A DNA stretch of 63,717 nucleotides, filler included, from Lama guanicoe (lineage: Eukaryota), in NCBI GenBank assembly GCA_013239625.1. It is 74 parts of 74 records of this genome, joined end to end, with 100 filler letters (N's around TTAATTAATTAA, not from the genome) between each part and the next. Parts side by side here need not be neighbours in the genome. Positions count along the whole stretch, not along the records: positions 23,771 to 24,596 come from MU053845.1; positions 24,697 to 25,633 come from MU053846.1; positions 25,734 to 26,439 come from PNXV01004013.1; positions 26,540 to 27,305 come from MU053847.1; positions 27,406 to 28,235 come from PNXV01004018.1; positions 28,336 to 29,203 come from MU053849.1; positions 29,304 to 30,476 come from MU053852.1; positions 30,577 to 31,081 come from MU053854.1; 66 more parts are not named here. One strand, given 5' to 3'. Every line of letters begins with the position of its first letter. The stretch's first letter is position 1. The notes under the pieces are model-generated. The model was not told the DNA's origin, ran no database searches, and was given only the letters and a program-made list of their open reading frames with translations. A program made the translations under genes and the position numbers. Shown here one piece after another: positions 23,671-36,686 of this stretch.

Positions 23671-23770
23671 NNNNNNNNNNNNNNNNNNNNNNNNNNNNNN
23701 NNNNNNNNNNNNNNTTAATTAATTAANNNNNNNNNNNNNNNNNNNNNNNNNNNNNNNNNNNNNNNNNNNN

Positions 23771-24596
23771 AGAATTCCAGAACACTTTCTTAGGTGTGGG
23801 AGAGTTGTGCAGCCCCACTTAACCCAGATGAATGGAGGAAAACGTGTTCCGTTTAGGGAGAAGTCCTCTAAGTACTTCCTCAATGGATCAGGGGGCACTC
23901 ACTGCTACGTGGGCTCCAAGCCCAACCCCCAGCTTTCCCTCATGGCCTGGTCTAAGAAAACACTCAGGGAACAGAAGCTNNNNNNNNNNNNNNNNNNNNN
24001 NNNNNNNNNNNNNNNNNNNNNNNNNNNNNNNNNNNNNNNNNNNNNNNNNNNNNNNNNNNNNNNNNNNNNNNNNNNNNNNNNNNNNNNNNNNNNNNNNNNN
24101 NNNNNNNNNNNNNNNNNNNNNNNNNNNNNNNNNNNNNNNNNNNNNNNNNNNNNNNNNNNNNNNNNNNNNNNNNNNNNNNNNNNNNNNNNNNNNNNNNNNN
24201 NNNNNNNNNNNNNNNNNNNNNNNNNNNNNNNNNNNNNNNNNNNNNNNNNNNNNNNNNNNNNNNNNNNNAACACTCAGGGAACAGAAGCTAAGGGATACTA
24301 ATAGAATCCAGGTGCTGCTGTCAGTTTGAGGAACTTCCCCACACTCAGAATACGAGAACAAATCTTCGTGTGTGTGCTGAATGAAGGGAAACAGTCAAAG
24401 CATCTTTCAGGGGGCACATTTATTCCATGGTTGTGGGTTGTAGGTTAAAAACCCACATCCCATGGATAGGCTCTCGCTTATACTTGGTTTAGAGCCCAAA
24501 CCCCACATTCCCCCACTCTCCAGCCAGGGCATGCCATCAGGGAAGACAACTAAGGGATTCTTTAGAACCCAGGCGCTGCTGTCATTTGGAGGAGCC
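23771..24596. repeat. Diverged subfamily of the 267-bp satellite (opposite orientation, higher-order structure)
   Basis: Colinear with 56508-57026; motif TAGAACCCAGGCGCTGCTGTCATTTGGAGGAGCC resembles the reverse complement of the 267-bp monomer. Confidence 0.8.
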
Positions 24597-25733
24597 NNNN
24601 NNNNNNNNNNNNNNNNNNNNNNNNNNNNNNNNNNNNNNNNTTAATTAATTAANNNNNNNNNNNNNNNNNNNNNNNNNNNNNNNNNNNNNNNNNNNNCGGA
24701 AAACCTAGACAGATAGAATGCAAATTAGCAGTTCAAACTGTTAAATTGTTCATGTCAACTCTTTACTGTTGAAGCCTCCGAAACCAACAGGAACCATGAA
24801 ATAACTATTGGAAACTTGAAATAACCCCCAACCTTGGANNNNNNNNNNNNCTTTACTCCCAATGACACCTACTGGCCAATGTTGGCATTTCAAGGGGTAA
24901 CATCCCTCTCTAGGAAAATACAAGAGGAAACAAACCAAATATATACATTTAGGTTTGAATCCAAAAGGACCTAGAGGCATTATAGCTAGGAGAACCCTGC
25001 TGCAGTTATGCTAGTCTATTGAGAACCAGGTGTTCTTCTATCAGTGATGAGAACACTCAATCATCCGATTATGTTGGGTAAAGCCATTTAACGCAAACAA
25101 GTCTGCACCCCCATGATATAGTGCCCCGGGGGCTAGACTGAATTGAAAGACGATCCACATAAGCTGTGTCTTTAATATCATTGGCGAATTTTACAGTACA
25201 GTTCTCTTTCTGACTTGTACTATTTACCTATACTGTCTTGAAAAACTGAGGCCTAATACAGATTCAAGTTCAGTCAAAGATTCCCCTCACTTACCACACT
25301 CCCTTCACCCCAGGGAAGANNNNNNNNNNNNNNNNNNNNNNNNNNNNNNNNNNNNNNNNNNNNNNNNNNNNNNNNNNNNNNNNNNNNNNNNNNNNNNNNN
25401 NNNNNNNNNNNNNNNNNNNNNNNNNNNNNNNNNNNNNNNNNNNNNNNNNNNNNNNNNNNNNNNNNNNNNNNNNNNNNNNNNNNNNNNNNNNNNNNCTTCA
25501 TTGCAGCTCAGGTACTGATCCTTCAAAATGGATGCCTGAGTGGAGGGGATGGAAGGGCATGTGCTTGCTAGCTAGGACGAAACGTGGGAAAAGTTTTACC
25601 TGGGCTTGGTGAATTCTGGTCTGAATGGCTTGGNNNNNNNNNNNNNNNNNNNNNNNNNNNNNNNNNNNNNNNNNNNNTTAATTAATTAANNNNNNNNNNN
25701 NNNNNNNNNNNNNNNNNNNNNNNNNNNNNNNNN

Positions 25734-26439
25734 CCAGTTTATCTGCTTTTTTCTTCTATCACTTGTGCTCTTCGTATTGTATCTAGGAAACCAAAGCATA
25801 TCCTAGGATCACAAAGATTTATACTGTGTCTTCTTTCCGAAAGTTTATACTTTTGGTTTTTATGTTTCTGTCTGTGATCCATTTTGAATTAATTTTTATA
25901 TGTTATATAAAATATGGGGGTCCAGATTTCAGATTCATTCTTTTGTCTGCAGATACCCAGCTGTCCCTGCACCATTTGTTGAATAGACTATTCTTTCAAT
26001 GGAGGGTTAGACACCCTTGTGGAAAACTGAATGTAAATGTAAGTTTTTTCCCCCTGGGTTTTTATTGTGTCTCATAGATTTATTTATTCAAACTTATGCC
26101 AGTAGCATACTGACTTAGTACTATAGCTTTTTAGTATACTTTAAAGTGAGTCCTCCAAATTTGCTCTGCTTTTTCAAGATTGTTTTGGCTGACATGAGCC
26201 CCTTGCACTACCATATAAATTTTGGGATAAGTTTTTCAATTTTTTCAAAGAAGTCAGCTGGAATTTTGATAGGGATTCCACTGAATTTGTAAATCACTTT
26301 GGGGAGTCTTAACATTTTTAACAATATTGTCTACCATTCCATGAACATGGGATGTATTCCATATATGTAGATCTTTTAAATTTTATTTCGGTGATACTTC
26401 AAAATATTCAATGTACAAATATTATAAATTTTTGTTAAA
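25734..26439 (-). mobile_element. Old LINE-1 ORF2 fragment
   Basis: GTCTGTGATCCATTTTGAATTAATTTTT; TTTTCAAGATTGTTTTGGCT; CCATGAACATGGGATGT antisense L1 motifs. Confidence 0.85.
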
Positions 26440-29303
26440 NNNNNNNNNNNNNNNNNNNNNNNNNNNNNNNNNNNNNNNNNNNNTTAATTAATTAANNNNN
26501 NNNNNNNNNNNNNNNNNNNNNNNNNNNNNNNNNNNNNNNCCTCAAATTTGGCAGCTCGGTGCTTGGTCTCAGAATCAACTGTGGGGATGTTTTGCACTGG
26601 ATTCTTTGCATACTGTCAGCCAAGGATCTGCTGTGCACTCTTCTAACACTCAGCGCATCACCTTCAGTCCCATGTCTCCTGTCCGCTTGAGAGTGTGCGT
26701 CCAAGTTAAAGAGAGTTTCACCTTTACTGCTCCATCAACAGGGCTCAGACCATGCACTGGTNNNNNNNNNNNNNNNNNNNNNNNNNNNNNNNNNNNNNNN
26801 NNNNNNNNNNNNNNNNNNNNNNNNNNNNNNNNNNNNNNNNNNNNNNNNNNNNNNNNNNNNNNNNNNNNNNNNNNTTTCCATTGCTGTGTTCATGGGAGCG
26901 AGTGAGCGCAGGTTGCACTGCTTCTCTGTCCACTGGGCATCGATGAATCAACACTTTCCAGATACATTTCACAGAAATGTGATTATTTTTTATCTCTTTG
27001 TTTCTATACAGCCGTGGTGGGAGGGATTGTCCGAAGACTCCAGTTTTGACATTGTGTTGATATCTCATTTGCAGTCTTTAAAAGTTTAATAGACTTTATA
27101 TAAATGTTTTGGGAGTTATACGAAAATGAAGTTAGTTTCTGAAACATACTAAATCGACCTAGAAGCCAGACTTGTCAATTTCGGTAACATTGTGTCAGCT
27201 CTAAGGAATACATAGACAGATAGAATGCAAACTAGTATTCCGAACTGTTAAAGGGCTCATGTCAACTCTTTACTGTTGAAGCCTCTGAAACCAACAGGAA
27301 CCATGNNNNNNNNNNNNNNNNNNNNNNNNNNNNNNNNNNNNNNNNNNNNTTAATTAATTAANNNNNNNNNNNNNNNNNNNNNNNNNNNNNNNNNNNNNNN
27401 NNNNNGATCCTTTCTCAGAAAAAAAGAATAAAATGTTTCATACATGTGTCATTTATCTACGATTTTTGTGGCTCATGGAAAGCAAGAGCTTGGTGTTTTA
27501 GTCCAAGAACCAAGTTACATGCAAAGAAATGTATATATTCATATATAAAGCAAGCCAGAGCTGCTCAACAACAGTATGCTGTTAAATTCCAAAGGAACTT
27601 TGATAAAGGCAATCTCTCTCTCTCTCTTTTTTTTTTTTTTTGGAATCATATAGTTTCAGAAGTATTTATGTAACTAAGTGATTGCTACAGCCCATGATTC
27701 TGCACTGCAGTGTTTGGGGTTGTGGAAGCCCAGATTACATGCACTGTGTAAATGCAACCACACCAACACACTGACAGGGGTCCTAGTGTCTAAGCTGAAT
27801 TTTCAAAGCAGACAACCTTACAATAGAACACATTTCTAAGTAGAAAGTAAGAAATGCAATGTTCTGTACTCAATTTCATACTTTATATGGGCTATTAACC
27901 AACAATGCATATTTTCTAATGAAACCCAAAAATAAATTGCCAACGTCGATTTTCTCCATCTGATCGTTTTATGTTAACATTGGTTATCAAACCCTCACTA
28001 CATACGAAAACCTCAGGTCTAAGCTGCAGCAGAGTTACATCCCGCGGAAGACAGCCTATCAAAGAGTTTCCCTTCAGAAGCTGCTAAGTCTGGTTTTGCA
28101 CCTGTACGTCATTTGCAACCACGTTATTGTCAAAGGAGTAAAGCCTTACATCTGTAGGGTGTAAAGCACTGCAGTGTTTCCAAACCATCAAAGAAAGCTG
28201 AGCTTTGTGAAACAGTCCTGAGGCACTTAAATCATNNNNNNNNNNNNNNNNNNNNNNNNNNNNNNNNNNNNNNNNNNNNTTAATTAATTAANNNNNNNNN
28301 NNNNNNNNNNNNNNNNNNNNNNNNNNNNNNNNNNNATGTGACAGGCAGTGAGTGGGGTGAGTGATAAAGGGTACACTCCCCCAGATGGGGAAGAATATGT
28401 TTTTTTCTAGTTTTCCAAACAATTTCTTACTACCTTTTACTCTTATTGTCACATACAATTTCCTACGAATTAAGCATATCAATGTCAGTAATTTGGGCCA
28501 CTTGGGAGAAGCTACACGATGCCATTCACAGGACTGGGGCATGACAGCCACACCAGTCTAAGTTGAAAGACAAGTGGGGGTATTTCCAAGGTAATCACTG
28601 GNNNNNNNNNNNNNNNNNNNNNNNNNNNNNNNNNNNNNNNNNNNNNNNNNNNNNNNNNNNNNNNNNNNNNNNNNNNNNNNNNNNNNNNNNNNNNNNNNNN
28701 NNNNNNNNNNNNNNNNNNNNNNNNNNNNNNNNNNNNNNNNNNNNNNNNNNNNNNNNNNNNNNNNNNNNNNNNNNNNNNNNNNNNNNNNNNNNNNNNNNNN
28801 NNNNNNNNNNNNNNNNNNNNNNNNNNNNNNNNNNNNNNNNNNNNNNNNNNNNNNNNNNNNNNNNNNNNNNNNNNNNNNNNNNNNNNNNNNNNNNNCAGTT
28901 TGCTGTCATCTCTTTTTATGTTTATCCCTTTTGTAACTGCCTCTCCTTCGGAGTTTTTGATCAAGCAGCACAGGGCCTGTTGTGTCTTGTGGCCTGCCGG
29001 ATATTCTGGGCAGGGAAACAGCCTACCCCACATCTGGCTCTGGTGCTGAAAAGAGAGGGCACAGGGCCCAGGGGCCCATGCTGAACAGAGGCCCCTGCAC
29101 CCAAAATTATGGTCTGACTTTGGGCAAATTACACAGTCTTGTTTATCATGAGACTCCTCATCTGTCCATGAAAATAACTGCCCATGGCACACAGAGTTAC
29201 AAGNNNNNNNNNNNNNNNNNNNNNNNNNNNNNNNNNNNNNNNNNNNNTTAATTAATTAANNNNNNNNNNNNNNNNNNNNNNNNNNNNNNNNNNNNNNNNN
29301 NNN

Positions 29304-30476
29304 GAACTGAGCATGTGGAAAGACGTTCGTTCATCCAACACAAAGGGAACGGATTGCAGGAGTAACACTTACTCGGGTTTCTCAGTCTGTTTCCTTGTGC
29401 CGGTTTGAAGTGCCTGCCGTTTTCACTGTAAAACCGAGTTGGAGCTTCTACCTCCCCATATATATGTATGGAGTGGAGTTGGCAACTGAAAAGAAACTTT
29501 GTGTTCCCTTCAAGCTAGGTNNNNNNNNNNNNNNNNNNNNNNNNNNNNNNNNNNNNNNNNNNNNNNNNNNNNNNNNNNNNNNNNNNNNNNNNNNNNNNNN
29601 NNNNNNNNNNNNNNNNNNNNNNNNNNNNNNNNNNNNNNNNNNNNNNNNNNNNNNNNNNNNNNNNNNNNNNNNNNNNNNNNNNNNNNNNNNNNNNNNNNNN
29701 NNNNNNNNNNNNNNNNNNNNNNNNNNNNNNNNNNNNNNNNNNNNNNNNNNNNNNNNNNNNNNNNNNNNNNNNNNNNNNNNNNNNNNNNNNNNNNNNNNNN
29801 NNNNNNNNNNNNNNNNNNNNNNNNNNNNNNNNNNNNNNNNNNNNNNNNNNNNNNNNNNNNNNNNNNNNNNNNNNNNNNNNNNNNNNNNNNNNNNNNNNNN
29901 NNNNNNNNNNNNNNNNNNNNNNNNNNNNGAGTTGGAGCTTGTACCACCCCATATATATGTATGAAGTGGAGTTGGCAGCTGAAAAGAAACTTTGTGTTCC
30001 CTTCAAGGTAGGTGAAGGACGGCTTTCACACACACTTATCTCTCAGAACTAAGCATGTGGAAAGACTTTCGTTCATCCAACACAAAGGGAACAGGTTGCA
30101 GGAGTAACACTTACTCTGGTTTCTCAGTCGGTTTCCTGGTTCCGGTTTGAAGAGCCTGCCGTTTTCACTTTAAACTGACTTGCAGCTTGTACCACCCCAT
30201 ATATATGTATGGAGTGGAGTTGGCAACTGAAAAGAAACTTTGTGTTCTCTTCAAGGTAGGTGAAGGACGGCTTTCACACACAGTTATCTCTCAGAACTGA
30301 GCATGGGAAGAGACGTTCGTTCATCCAGCACAAAGGGAATGGGTTGCAGGAGAAACACTTACTCTGGTTTCTCAGTCGGTTTCCTGGTTCCGGTTTGAAG
30401 AGCCTGCCGTTTTCACTTTAAACTGACTTGCAGCTTGTACCACCCCATATATATGTATGGAGTGGAGTTGGCAACT
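29304..30476. repeat. ~248-bp satellite
   Basis: Monomer offset 248 bp (30039 to 30287). Confidence 0.95.
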
Positions 30477-30576
30477 NNNNNNNNNNNNNNNNNNNNNNNN
30501 NNNNNNNNNNNNNNNNNNNNTTAATTAATTAANNNNNNNNNNNNNNNNNNNNNNNNNNNNNNNNNNNNNNNNNNNN

Positions 30577-30686
30577 ATTAGGTTTATTTATTTGTCGCAT
30601 TTTTTTAAATGAGGTACTGAGGATTGAGCCAATGTCCTCGTACATGCTAAGCACGTGCTTTACCACTGAACTGTACCCTCCTCCCC
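30577..30686 (-). mobile_element. Camelid tRNA-derived SINE (Vic-1-like)
   Basis: Minus strand GGGGAGGAGGGTACAGTTCAGTGGTAAAGCACGTGCTTAGCATGTACGAGG..CAATCCTCAGTACCTC..AAATAAACCTAAT. Confidence 0.8.
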
Positions 30687-31181
30687 AAAGCAAGTTTTCT
30701 TACCCATTATTCTGCACCTTAGGAGTTCAAATAAATTGGAATTGAAATCCAGATATTTTGATCCCACTATGGTTCTTTGCATTATATCCTGCTGAGAGGT
30801 GGGGAAGCAGTTCCTTTNNNNNNNNNNNNNNNNNNNNNNNNNNNNNNNNNNNNNNNNNNNNNNNNNNNNNNNNNNNNNTTGGAAACAGAAGAAATAACCC
30901 TTTCCTGCAGGGGATGGAAGCCTAGACCAAAAGCTGGGTAATGTGATCTGAGCTACAGTAGCCATGTGCAGACGCTGAGGACAAACTTACCCCCGATTTG
31001 CTAGGGCTTCCCATGCCTTCTGGCTGGTACATACCAGGTCGCCGCAGCCCAGTGAGGCAAGCAGCCCACAGCACAGTATGTNNNNNNNNNNNNNNNNNNN
31101 NNNNNNNNNNNNNNNNNNNNNNNNNTTAATTAATTAANNNNNNNNNNNNNNNNNNNNNNNNNNNNNNNNNNNNNNNNNNNN

Positions 31182-31481
31182 CAGGGTGATGGTATAGGGA
31201 GGCGGGGCCTTTGGGAGGTGATTAGTAGGACAAAATGTGGTCATGAGAGTAGAGCCCTCATGAATGGTATTAGTGTTCTTATACAGGGCCCCAAAGTGCT
31301 TGCTTCTCTCTCCTCTCTGGGCCATGAAGATAGTGGGAAGACAGCCATCTTCGAGCTGGCAATCCTCTCCCAGATACATTGACCTTGAAAGCCTCAGCCT
31401 CCAAACCGTAAGGAATATGCTGGTTGTTTAAGCCACCCGACCCACGGTAATTTGTTACAGCATCCCAGACTGACAAAGACA
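31182..31481 (+). mobile_element. MaLR LTR (MLT1-type) fragment
   Basis: GGGGCCTTTGGGAGGTGATTAG..GAGCCCTCATGAATGG..CAGCCTCCAAACCGTAAG..TTGTTTAAGCCACCC..TTTGTTACAGCA..AAGACA. Confidence 0.85.
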
Positions 31482-31981
31482 GTGGAGAATGCCACTGAGT
31501 TTGGCCCTGATTGCCTGGAGAATGCTGAAACCCAGGGAAGTGGGCAGCACAGACGTTTACTCATTTAATCCTGCCAACACAGTAGGGGATAGAGTCTACA
31601 TATTCCTCGCTATTTAAAAGGTAAGGAAAAAAGGCACAAATAATAACAAAGACAACGACAACAACAACAAAAACAATAATTTGTCCAAGATTCGCACAGA
31701 ACTCCCTGGAGGGAGAGTGAGAATTAATACTTATGCAGGCTGGCCCCAGAGCCCCTGCTCATAACTACTAAGCCAGATCACCTTGCTTATTTGGATCAGT
31801 TTTTTTCAACTGTGATTTGAGTGTACTGTGTCCAGGCATTACAAACCACAGAAAGCTAGACATACAAAAATAACTTGTTAGNNNNNNNNNNNNNNNNNNN
31901 NNNNNNNNNNNNNNNNNNNNNNNNNTTAATTAATTAANNNNNNNNNNNNNNNNNNNNNNNNNNNNNNNNNNNNNNNNNNNN

Positions 31982-33235
31982 CTGAGCGTGGGGAGGTTCC
32001 ACCAACGGTCGGCAGCGCGTGGTATCTAACTGAAAGTGTAAGCTCGTTTTCCCTGAGGGTTTTCGTAATGTCTCTGTGCCAGGGAATGCTAGGGGGGTTT
32101 GCAGGAAATCCCAGTGACAGAGGCTGCCTCCCCAAGGTCAGGGAAGGTATTTCTCGGACTTCCCCGGACAGGGAACACCTGTGCCTGAAGAGAGCTGCGT
32201 GGAGGTGNNNNNNNNNNNNNNNNNNNNNNNNNNNNNNNNNNNNNNNNNNNNNNNNNNNNNNNNNNNNNNNNNNNNNNNNNNNNNNNNNNNNNNNNNNNNN
32301 NNNNNNNNNNNNNNNNNNNNNNNNNNNNNNNNNNNNNNNNNNNNNNNNNNNNNNNNNNNNNNNNNNNNNNNNNNNNNNNNNNNNNNNNNNNNNNNNNNNN
32401 NNNNNNNNNNNNNNNNNNNNNNNNNNNNNNNNNNNNNNNNNNNNNNNNNNNNNNNNNNNNNNNNNNNNNNNNNNNNNNNNNNNNNNNNNNNNNNNNNNNN
32501 NNNNNNNNNNNNNNNNNNNNNNNNNNNNNNNNNNNNNNNNNNNNNNNNNNNNNNNNNNNNNNNNNNNNNNNNNNNNNNNNNNNNNNNNTTCTCCTAATAT
32601 CTAGGTGCCAGGGAATGCTAGGGGGGTTTGCAGGATATCCCAGTGACAGAGGCTGCCTCCCCAAGGTCAGGGAAGGTATATCTCGGACTTCCCAGAACAG
32701 GGTACACCTGTAAATGAAGGGAGCTGCGTGAAGTTGTCTCTCGAGCTCCCCCACGCACTGACAATGGTTCCGGAGTCCTGAACGTGGGGAGGTTCCTCCA
32801 ACGGTCGGCAGCGCGTGGGTTCTAACGGAATGCCTAAGCTCGTCTCCCCTGAGGGTTTTCCTAATGTCTCTGTGCCAGGGAATGCTAGGGGGGTTTGCAG
32901 GATATCCCAGTGACAGAGGCTGCCTCCTCAAGGTCAGGGAAGGTATTTCTCGGACTTCCCCGAACAGGGAACACCTGTGACTGAAGAGAGCTGCGTGGAG
33001 TTTTCTCTCGAGCTCCCCCACGCACCGACATTTGTTCCGGAGTCCTGAACGTGGGGAGGTTCCTCCAACGGTCGGCAGCGCGCGGGTTTTAACGGAAAGC
33101 CTAAGCTCATTTCCCCTGAGGGTTTTCTTAATGTCTCCGTGCCAGGGAATGCTAGGGGATGATGCAGGATATCCCAGTGACAGAGTCTGCCTCGCCAAGG
33201 TCAGGGAAGTTATTTCTCGGACTTCCCCGAACAGG
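31982..33235. repeat. GC-rich 267-bp satellite
   Basis: GAGCTGCGTG at 32721 and 32988 (267-bp period). Confidence 0.96.
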
Positions 33236-33399
33236 NNNNNNNNNNNNNNNNNNNNNNNNNNNNNNNNNNNNNNNNNNNNTTAATTAATTAANNNNNNNNN
33301 NNNNNNNNNNNNNNNNNNNNNNNNNNNNNNNNNNNCTCCTCCTGCACAGCCCTTCTCAGAAGCTTCCCTCCTTTCATCTCTGACGCGTTTGGACTATTC

Positions 33400-33930
33400 T
33401 CACCCGGCAGTCAAGTGAGCCTTGAATAACTAGGTTAGATTGTGTCTTCCTTCTGCAGTGACTCCCCATTTCACTCTGGGTAAAAGCCACAGTCCTTACA
33501 ACGTCCTCCAAGGCCATACAGGATCTGCACTGACCCTTCTCCGCAGCTCCAGCCGTGCCCCCATTCTGCAACATGCGAGGTGCACGCTGGCCTTGGTGAT
33601 GGTTAATGGGACTTCTCACCTCCTAGTCTTAGTTCTAACCTCAGTCCTCAGTGTGGCCTGCACTGGTATTTAATACAACATCACCCTCATCCCATACCCT
33701 CAACTCTCTTTACCTTGCCGTTTTTTCATTTTTCCATGTTTCCTCTTTCCTAACATGCCACCTCCTCTGCTGCTCTGTTGTGTGACTTGTCATCTCCACC
33801 CCCATCCCAGCTAGACTCCAACAAAGCTCCGTGAGGACAGGATTTTGTATTGTTTATTTATCTATTCCAACTGCCTAGACTAGTCCTGGGTACATAGTAG
33901 GCAGTCAAAAATTATTTGCTGAATAAATTA
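33400..33930 (+). mobile_element. L2 LINE 3' fragment
   Basis: AGCTCCGTGAGGACAGGATTTTGT..CCTAGACTAGTCCTGGGTACATAGTAGGCAGTCAAAAATTATTTGCTGAATAAAT resembles the L2 3' end. Confidence 0.7.
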
Positions 33931-34162
33931 AAAGACTATTTTAAAAATGAATCATCCTTTCAGGAATGGGTGAGGAAAGGAAGCTGCAAGAAGGAAAATG
34001 GCGCAGTAAATAGTGATATTTGCCTGTTGTTCTTTGTGTGATATATATATGTGTTTTAGTCTNNNNNNNNNNNNNNNNNNNNNNNNNNNNNNNNNNNNNN
34101 NNNNNNTTAATTAATTAANNNNNNNNNNNNNNNNNNNNNNNNNNNNNNNNNNNNNNNNNNNN

Positions 34163-34844
34163 TTTAGTTCCTTCAGTAGTTCGATCACTTCTTTTTAGAA
34201 ATCTTGATCTAGTAGGCCATCAATGTGTATTTCATTGATCGTACTTTCAGGGGATTTCTCTTGCTCTTTTAATTGGGAATACTTCCTCTGCTTCTTCAAC
34301 TGCTCATATCTCTCTGACACTGTGGCTTAAGGAGTATCATTTATCTTTTGTGGCCCTTAACGGGGTTTATTTCTTTATCTATCTAAGGCCTATGCTGGAA
34401 TAAAACTTAAAAACGAGAGAGAGAAAGAGAATTTTAAAAGAATGGAGGAAAAGAAGGTTTGAAAACAATGGTATAATCAATAATAGAAGAGCAAGTTGAA
34501 GAAGAATAGGAATCGAGTTGAGATGTCTTTAAAACCTTAATAAAAAGAAGAAAAAAATCAATACACAATATTTAAAACCTGTGAATAATCAATAACAGAT
34601 CAAATCCAAGAGAATTAAAAATGAAATGAGAATTGTAAACGTATAGAACTGTTTAAAAAGTAAAGAAAATAAAACAAAAAAGATTTAAAAATCAAATATG
34701 TGTTCTCCTAGAGACTGAATGGTCTTAATGGTTTTATTGAGAGGTCTTTGTGTCTTCACCCTGTTTCATGAATTCAGCTTGCTCTCTTGGCCCCCCGTCT
34801 GTGCTGCTCACAGTGTCCATTGGCAAGAAGATTGCACCCCTCCA
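34163..34844 (-). mobile_element. LINE-1 5' UTR / ORF1 N-terminus fragment
   Basis: Minus strand INEIHIDGLLDQDF*KEVIELLKEL; paralog of 13421-14085. Confidence 0.75.
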
Positions 34845-36686
34845 NNNNNNNNNNNNNNNNNNNNNNNNNNNNNNNNNNNNNNNNNNNNTTAATTAATTAA
34901 NNNNNNNNNNNNNNNNNNNNNNNNNNNNNNNNNNNNNNNNNNNNGAAATAATTCCACATACTTATTTAGCACACAGGAATTTATAAATACTAGGTATTGA
35001 TGTAAAAAGTACCCTGAAAATGCTACTGCACTCTGGATCTCTAAAAATTATGTGATCTACTCATTGATTATATGTGTGCTTCATTTAAATAACCCCCCAT
35101 TAAAGAATTTAACTGTAGAAATATTTCTTTCAACTAGGTATCACTTAGATGACAGTGGGAAGTAGATGTCACATCTCTGTGGTCCTGTTTCCAAATCGCC
35201 CTTCATCTTGCCCTGTCCTTTTCACTGTTAGTGTCTTTAACATCTCATCCTCCCAAGTGAGCATCCTCCCATGCCCATCACAACNNNNNNNNNNNNNNNN
35301 NNNNNNNNNNNNNNNNNNNNNNNNNNNNNNNNNNNNNNNNNNNNNNNNNNNNNNNNNNNNNNNNNNNNNNNNNNNNNNNNNNNNNNNNNNNNNNNNNNNN
35401 NNNNNNNNNNNNNNNNNNNNNNNNNNNNNNNNNNNNNNNNNNNNNNNNNNNNNNNNNNNNNNNNNNNNNNNNNNNNNNNNNNNNNNNNNNNNNNNNNNNN
35501 NNNNNNNNNNNNNNNNNNNNNNNNNNNNNNNNNNNNNNNNNNNNNNNNNNNNNNNNNNNNNNNNNNNNNNNNNNNNNNNNTTTAGTGTGTGTGTAGCCTG
35601 GAGAGACTATGATCAAGAATTTTCAAATCCAAGATAGGGATTAAAATCACCAAAGGGTATACAGATAAAAGTGTGGGAAGCAAAAAATAAGTATCTTAGT
35701 TTATTATTTTACATTTTGGAATTAAACAGTCTGCTTAATGGGAAGTTGGAAATTTTTTCCCATTCTAAAGCCTCTTTTACGTTAATTTGAATTTAATTNN
35801 NNNNNNNNNNNNNNNNNNNNNNNNNNNNNNNNNNNNNNNNNNTTAATTAATTAANNNNNNNNNNNNNNNNNNNNNNNNNNNNNNNNNNNNNNNNNNNNGA
35901 CTCCCCAACGAGAGCTTGTGAAGGGAACAGCACCAGCCCCACCGGACGCTTAGCACGCTGAGTCTGCGTGACATTGAGTCAGGCTTCTGACCACAGCTCA
36001 GGGGTCTGGTCCGACTCGTTAGTCTCTGAAACCAACCAGCTTTGGATTCCTCAATCCCTCCATGAGGTTTTACCTGTATCACCAACTTCTGTATCTCTGA
36101 AGACAGATGATGAGGACCCTTCACGTAAGGCATTTGTACAGCCCTGTGCGGGAATTTGTGCTGCACGGTCTGCCCGGCGAGCTGACCGAAGTTGGTATTT
36201 TACTGATCTTAGAAATAGTCTGGTTTCCNNNNNNNNNNNNNNNNNNNNNNNNNNNNNNNNNNNNNNNNNNNNNNNNNNNNNNNNNNNNNNNNNNNNNNNN
36301 NNNNNNNNNNNNNNNNNNNNNNNNNNNNNNNNNNNNNNNNNNNNNNNNNNNNNNNNNNNNNNNNNNNNNNNNNNNNNNNNNNNNNNNNNNNNNNNNNNNN
36401 NNNNNNNNNNNNNNNNNNNNNNNNNNNNNNNNNNNNNNNNNNNNNNNNNNNNNNNNNNAGGGCGTGCCTGGGGAGAGGCCCAGTTAGAGGAAGGCGGTTC
36501 CCCTACTGTTCCGAGTTAAGGTGCAAGTCAGTGCCGGTCACTCAGGGGAGCCAGGGTGGTCTGACTTCATTGTGGTGAGGTGACTANNNNNNNNNNNNNN
36601 NNNNNNNNNNNNNNNNNNNNNNNNNNNNNNTTAATTAATTAANNNNNNNNNNNNNNNNNNNNNNNNNNNNNNNNNNNNNNNNNNNN

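Noticed and set aside
30610..30686. tRNA gene
   Set aside because: Degenerate tRNA-like head with a SINE tail; better explained as a Vic-1-like SINE
32948..32968. Possible CENP-B box in the 267-bp monomer (minus TTCGGGGAAGTCCGAG)
   Set aside because: TTCG and the central A fit, but the CGGG half does not match in register
32089..33198. 369-aa ORF with 89-aa repeats
   Set aside because: Translation of the 267-bp (3x89) satellite plus an N gap; not a gene
36074..36096. 23-bp micro-exon on the minus strand (TTCAG|..CAG|GTAAAA)
   Set aside because: Weak donor, not frame-preserving, no supporting homology
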